Assembly: GCF_014203835.1 (NCBI RefSeq)
Contig: NZ_JACHJW010000001.1
Coordinates: 2,285,176 to 2,317,175, forward strand
DNA from: Micromonospora polyrhachis
Lineage (GTDB): Bacteria > Actinomycetota > Actinomycetes > Mycobacteriales > Micromonosporaceae
Length of the DNA: 32,000 nt
Direction of reading: 5' to 3'
Shown here: in pieces, positions 28,688-32,000 of the stretch
Position numbering within the stretch: the stretch's first letter is position 1
Layout: each line of letters begins with the position of its first letter
Notes under the pieces: generated by a model
Databases searched by the model: none
Seen by the model: only the letters and a program-made list of their open reading frames with translations
What the model was told of the DNA's origin: nothing
Program-made: the position numbers and the translations under genes

Positions 28688-28909
28688 TCACTTGTAGCGG
28701 TAGACGATGCGCCCGCGGGTCAGGTCGTACGGCGAGAGTTCGACGACGACCCGGTCCTCGGGCAGGATGCGGATGTAGTGCTGCCGCATCTTGCCGCTGA
28801 TGTGAGCCAGCACCTTGTGGCCGTTGGCGAGCTCAACCCGGAACATGGCGTTCGGGAGTGGCTCGATCACTCGGCCTTCGATCTCGATGGCTCCGTCTTT
28901 TTTCGGCAT
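28688..28909 (-). CDS. infA: Translation initiation factor IF-1
   Basis: 73 aa: [73 protein letters not shown]. Confidence 0.98.
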   Translation of the reverse strand: MPKKDGAIEIEGRVIEPLPNAMFRVELANGHKVLAHISGKMRQHYIRILPEDRVVVELSPYDLTRGRIVYRYK

Positions 28910-29162
28910 GTCCTCCGCTGTCCTGACGTCGGTTTATCCGGACGGCTCACAACGCCTTACTGGGTGGTTTCAACCCGTCCCAGGGGTTCAGCCTGGAAAC
29001 AAGATCACTCACCCGAGCCAGCCGCGGCTCCGGCACCCGCCGAAGCGCGGGCGGGCATGCCAGAGTGGACGCTGTGCGCCGATCAGCCAGTGTACGCGCG
29101 GGCACGCATCGACGCCAAACCGAGGTGGGTCCCGGCGAGCCGATCGGACGAACGGGACTATA

Positions 29163-29726
29163 TCAATCGTCCTGGCAACCGGCCGACCGGTCGGAATCGC
29201 CCAGCATTCGCTTGTCGATCTTCTCCTGTGCCTTCCGGGCCCGCTTCGCCGCCCACTGCTGCGGTGCCCCGTTGATCAAGCCCCCCACCGTGGAAACGAC
29301 CAGCACCGCCCCCCACGGCCCAGCCACCCAGACAGGCCAGTAGTAGAGCGTTTCACCAGTGCTCAGGCTGCTGGCACCCCAGACTGCGGTGGTGATGGTC
29401 ATCGCGCCGAAGTAGGTGCCCCAGGTCTCGACCAGCCAGCGCCGTGTCGCCCCCGGAAAGCGGACCTGCTCCTCGGGCACCACCACCGGTCGCTCCCCTG
29501 CGGGCAGCAGCTGTGCCCGCTGGGTGGGGACGGTCTCCGGCAGATCGACCAGCAGGGCGTTCAACTCGCCGTACGTCTTCGCGGCGTAGGCCCGCTGGAG
29601 GCGCTCGTCGTACTCGCTCAGATCCAGCCGACCCTCGTCCAACGCGTTTCGCAGTCGATCCGCTGCCGCTGTCCGGTCGGAGTCCGCCGCCCGCATCTCG
29701 TCCCGCCGGTCCATGGCTAGAAGCAT
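29163..29726 (-). CDS. DUF1707 (SHOCT-like) domain membrane protein
   Basis: The N-terminus MRAADSDRTAAADRLRNALDEGRLDLSEYDERLQRAYAAKTYGELNALLVDLP is the DUF1707 signature. Two C-terminal hydrophobic segments follow (TYFGAMTITTAVWGA and YYWPVWVAGPWGAVLVVSTVGGL). The start is ambiguous, with in-frame ATGs at 29726, 29714 and 29696. Confidence 0.8.
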   Translation of the reverse strand: MLLAMDRRDEMRAADSDRTAAADRLRNALDEGRLDLSEYDERLQRAYAAKTYGELNALLVDLPETVPTQRAQLLPAGERPVVVPEEQVRFPGATRRWLVETWGTYFGAMTITTAVWGASSLSTGETLYYWPVWVAGPWGAVLVVSTVGGLINGAPQQWAAKRARKAQEKIDKRMLGDSDRSAGCQDD

Positions 29727-29779
29727 GCCATCGCACGGATACGAGCGACATCCCCCGGTACCGGTCGACGCCGACCCCG

Positions 29780-30631
29780 TCAGGCGGGCTCGGATGCGGA
29801 CGGCTGCCGGTCGGTCACCAGGTCGCCGAGGCGAGTTCGGCCGCCGTCAGGTGCGGTCAGCACCCATACCCCGTCGTCGAGCAGGGCCATCGTGTGCTCC
29901 ACGTGCACCGCCATCGAACCGTCCCGGGTGACAACCGTCCAGCCGTCGGCCAGTTCGGCCGTCCGGGGCGAGCCCATGGTGATCATCGGCTCGATGGCCA
30001 GGGCCAGACCGGACACCAGGCGCGGCCCGCGTCCCGGCCGACCGTGGTTGAGCACGTGCGGATCCTGGTGCATCTCGGTGCCGATGCCGTGCCCGCCGTA
30101 TCCGTCGACGATGCCGTACCGGCCGCCCTTACGGACCGCGCACTCGACCGCGTACGAGATGTCGGTCAACCGGCCCTTCCCGCTGGCCGCCCCCCGCGCC
30201 GCAGCGGCGATCCCGGCCCACATCGCGTCCTCGGCCACCTCGGACATCCGGAGCAACTCCGGCCGGACCTCGCCGACTCCGACCGTGATCGCCGCGTCGC
30301 CGTGCCAGCCGTCCAGCACCGCACCGCAGTCGATGGAGATCAGGTCCCCGGAGCGCAGCACCTGCTTCGGCGACGGGATCGCGTGCACCACCTGCTCGTT
30401 GACCGAGGAGCAGATGGATGCGGGAAAGCCGTGGTAGCCCTTGAAGGAGGGAACGGCACCGGCCTCGCGGATCACCGACTCGGCGATCTCGTCCAGGTCG
30501 GCGGTGGTGACCCCGGGCGCGACCGCCGCACGCATCCGGCCCAACGCGGCAGCCACCACCAGCCCGGCGGCCCGCATCTTCTCGATCTGCTCCGGGGTCT
30601 TCAGTTGGATGTCCAACTGGTGACGGCGCAT
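29780..30631 (-). CDS. map: Type I methionine aminopeptidase
   Basis: From the ATG at 30631 the product is MRRHQLDIQLKTPEQIEKMRAAG...FKGYHGFPASICSSVNEQVVHAIP...ISIDCGA...GYGGHGIG...EPM...VHVEHT, with the metal ligands in the canonical order. The 411-aa track ORF extends upstream across the spacer into adk and is not credible. Confidence 0.95.
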   Translation of the reverse strand: MRRHQLDIQLKTPEQIEKMRAAGLVVAAALGRMRAAVAPGVTTADLDEIAESVIREAGAVPSFKGYHGFPASICSSVNEQVVHAIPSPKQVLRSGDLISIDCGAVLDGWHGDAAITVGVGEVRPELLRMSEVAEDAMWAGIAAAARGAASGKGRLTDISYAVECAVRKGGRYGIVDGYGGHGIGTEMHQDPHVLNHGRPGRGPRLVSGLALAIEPMITMGSPRTAELADGWTVVTRDGSMAVHVEHTMALLDDGVWVLTAPDGGRTRLGDLVTDRQPSASEPA

Positions 30632-30818
30632 GCCGTTTCTACCTTTCGCTGACAGGTGCGGGGCTCGCTGCTCCCGCCCCGGCGTGTCCGCGCCACGCCG
30701 GAACACGGAGTACCCATGTTCCGGGCCACGCCACGCACTGTTGCGGCCGGCAACCACCCCGCCGGCCGCTCCGGGCCCTGGCCGCAGGGAAGATCTCCCG
30801 GGGCCGACGCCGGCGTGC

Positions 30819-31472
30819 CTATCCGCCGTACGAACGCAGAGCGTCGATGGCCCGAACCGTGACGTCCTCCACCGGGCCGGTGGCGTCGATCCCGACCAGC
30901 TTGCCCTGCGCGCCGTAGAAGTCGACCAGCGGAGCCGTCTTGTCCGCGTATTCGCGCAGCCGCTCGGCGATCGTCTCGGCCTTGTCGTCGTCACGCTGGA
31001 ACAGCTCGGAACCACACCGGTCGCAGATGCCCTCCCGCGAGGGTGCGTCGAACTCGACGTGCCAGATCTTCCCGCAGCCCCGGCAGGTACGCCGACCGGA
31101 GAGCCGTCGGATCACCTCGTCGTCGTCCACGACCAACTCGAGCACCAGGTCGAGGGCGGTGCCGAGGTCAGCCAACAGCTTGTCGAGAGCGGCGGCCTGC
31201 GGCGTGGTACGGGGAAACCCGTCGAGCAGGAACCCGCCGCTGGCGTCCGGCTCGGCGAGCCGGCTCCGCACCATGTTGATGGTCACCTCGTCGGGCACCA
31301 GCTTGCCGGCGTCCATGTAGCGCTTGGCCTCGACACCAAGCGGGGTGCCCTGGGACACGTTGGCCCGGAAGATGTCGCCGGTGGAGATCTTGGGCACGGC
31401 CAGGTGCGCGGCGATGAACTCGGCCTGAGTACCCTTTCCGGCCCCCGGAGGGCCAACCAGAACGAGTCGCAT
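30819..31472 (-). CDS. adk: Adenylate kinase
   Basis: 217 aa: [21 protein letters not shown]...STGDIFRAN..., with a zinc-lid CRGCG...CDRCG. Confidence 0.98.
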   Translation of the reverse strand: MRLVLVGPPGAGKGTQAEFIAAHLAVPKISTGDIFRANVSQGTPLGVEAKRYMDAGKLVPDEVTINMVRSRLAEPDASGGFLLDGFPRTTPQAAALDKLLADLGTALDLVLELVVDDDEVIRRLSGRRTCRGCGKIWHVEFDAPSREGICDRCGSELFQRDDDKAETIAERLREYADKTAPLVDFYGAQGKLVGIDATGPVEDVTVRAIDALRSYGG

Positions 31473-32000
31473 CTACCGCAGGAACCCTTCGTAGTTCCGC
31501 TGCATGAGTTGGCTCTCGATCTGCTTCACGGTTTCCAGACCCACACCGACCATGATCAGTACCGCAACTCCACCGAACGGGAAGTTGACGTACTGCTCGC
31601 TGTTCAGCCAGATGAAGAAGAAGTTGGGCAGGATCGAGATGAGACCCAGGTAGAGGGAGCCGGGCAGCGTGATCCGGCTGAGGATGAAGTCGAGGTACTC
31701 GGCGGTCGGCTTACCGGGCCGGATGCCCGGCACGAACCCGCCGTACTTCTTCATGTTGTCCGCGACCTCGGTCGGGTTGAACGTGATCGAGACGTAGAAG
31801 TAGGTGAAGAAGATGATCAGCAGGAAGTAGACGCTGATGTAGATCGGGCTGCGTGGGTTGGCCAGGTTGTTCTGGATCCACATCTGCCAGTCGTTCAGGT
31901 TGTTCGGATCGAAGAACTGCAACCCGAGCTGCGGCAGGTAGAGCAGCGAGGAGGCGAAGATGACCGGGATGACACCTGCCTGGTTGACCTTCAGCGGGAT
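31473..32000 (-). CDS. secY: Preprotein translocase subunit SecY, C-terminal ~175 codons (the 5-prime end lies right of the window)
   Basis: The reading frame is open to the window edge. The C-terminus reads ...MKKYGGFVPGIRPGKPTAEYLDFILSRITLPGSLYLGLISILP...ESQLMQRNYEGFLR. The stop abuts the adk ATG. Confidence 0.96.
   Translation of the reverse strand: MPLKVNQAGVIPVIFASSLLYLPQLGLQFFDPNNLNDWQMWIQNNLANPRSPIYISVYFLLIIFFTYFYVSITFNPTEVADNMKKYGGFVPGIRPGKPTAEYLDFILSRITLPGSLYLGLISILPNFFFIWLNSEQYVNFPFGGVAVLIMVGVGLETVKQIESQLMQRNYEGFLR

Noticed and set aside
29444-31015. Plus-strand 402-aa ORF 29444..30652 and the 411-aa extended map ORF 29780..31015
   Set aside because: The first is antisense to DUF1707 and map. 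The second extends map upstream through the structured spacer into adk with non-protein-like sequence. The internal ATG at 30631 has an RBS and gives a standard-length MetAP.

Overview
High-GC actinobacterial chromosomal DNA. The gene order suggests a Micromonosporaceae-like actinomycete, but that is inference only. Almost all real genes lie on the minus strand, and most other long ORFs in the track are Arg/Pro/Gly-rich shadow frames. Content from left to right: (1) the 5-prime ~1.6 kb of a P-type cation ATPase that runs off the window; (2) a MazF/PemK toxin with an RHH antitoxin; (3) an unusually short HemD-like/winged-helix regulator whose start codon sits inside a 15-nt tandem array; (4) a complete conservon, cvnA-cvnB-cvnC-cvnD, comprising a NIT/HAMP/HATPase sensor, a Roadblock protein, a DUF742 protein and a small GTPase; (5) an AT-rich 430-bp divergent spacer and an orphan LivJ-type solute-binding lipoprotein; (6) a NitT/TauT-type ABC transporter with an NMT1/THI5-like binding protein, whose ATPase is translationally coupled to an F420-type LLM oxidoreductase; (7) a seven-gene, tightly coupled thiamine operon, thiE-thiO-thiS-thiG-(second ThiE/TenI paralog)-thiD-thiC, behind one TPP riboswitch; (8) an aldo/keto reductase, an ABC-F ATPase and a small MTS-type methyltransferase; (9) the conserved cluster secY(partial)-adk-map-DUF1707-infA-rpmJ-rpsM-rpsK-rpsD-rpoA-rplQ-truA. 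I found no rRNA, tRNA, CRISPR array, transposase or integrase. I do not see a clear, wholly novel multi-gene system. The most unusual signals are several short tandem-repeat loci placed exactly at gene boundaries (2459-2533, 9562-9657, 15632-15716, 23758-23880, and in-frame repeats in thiS and thiG). Others are a low-GC 142-bp element with 33-nt inverted ends after thiC, the half-size HemD-wHTH protein, and the conservon/orphan binding-protein pairing.
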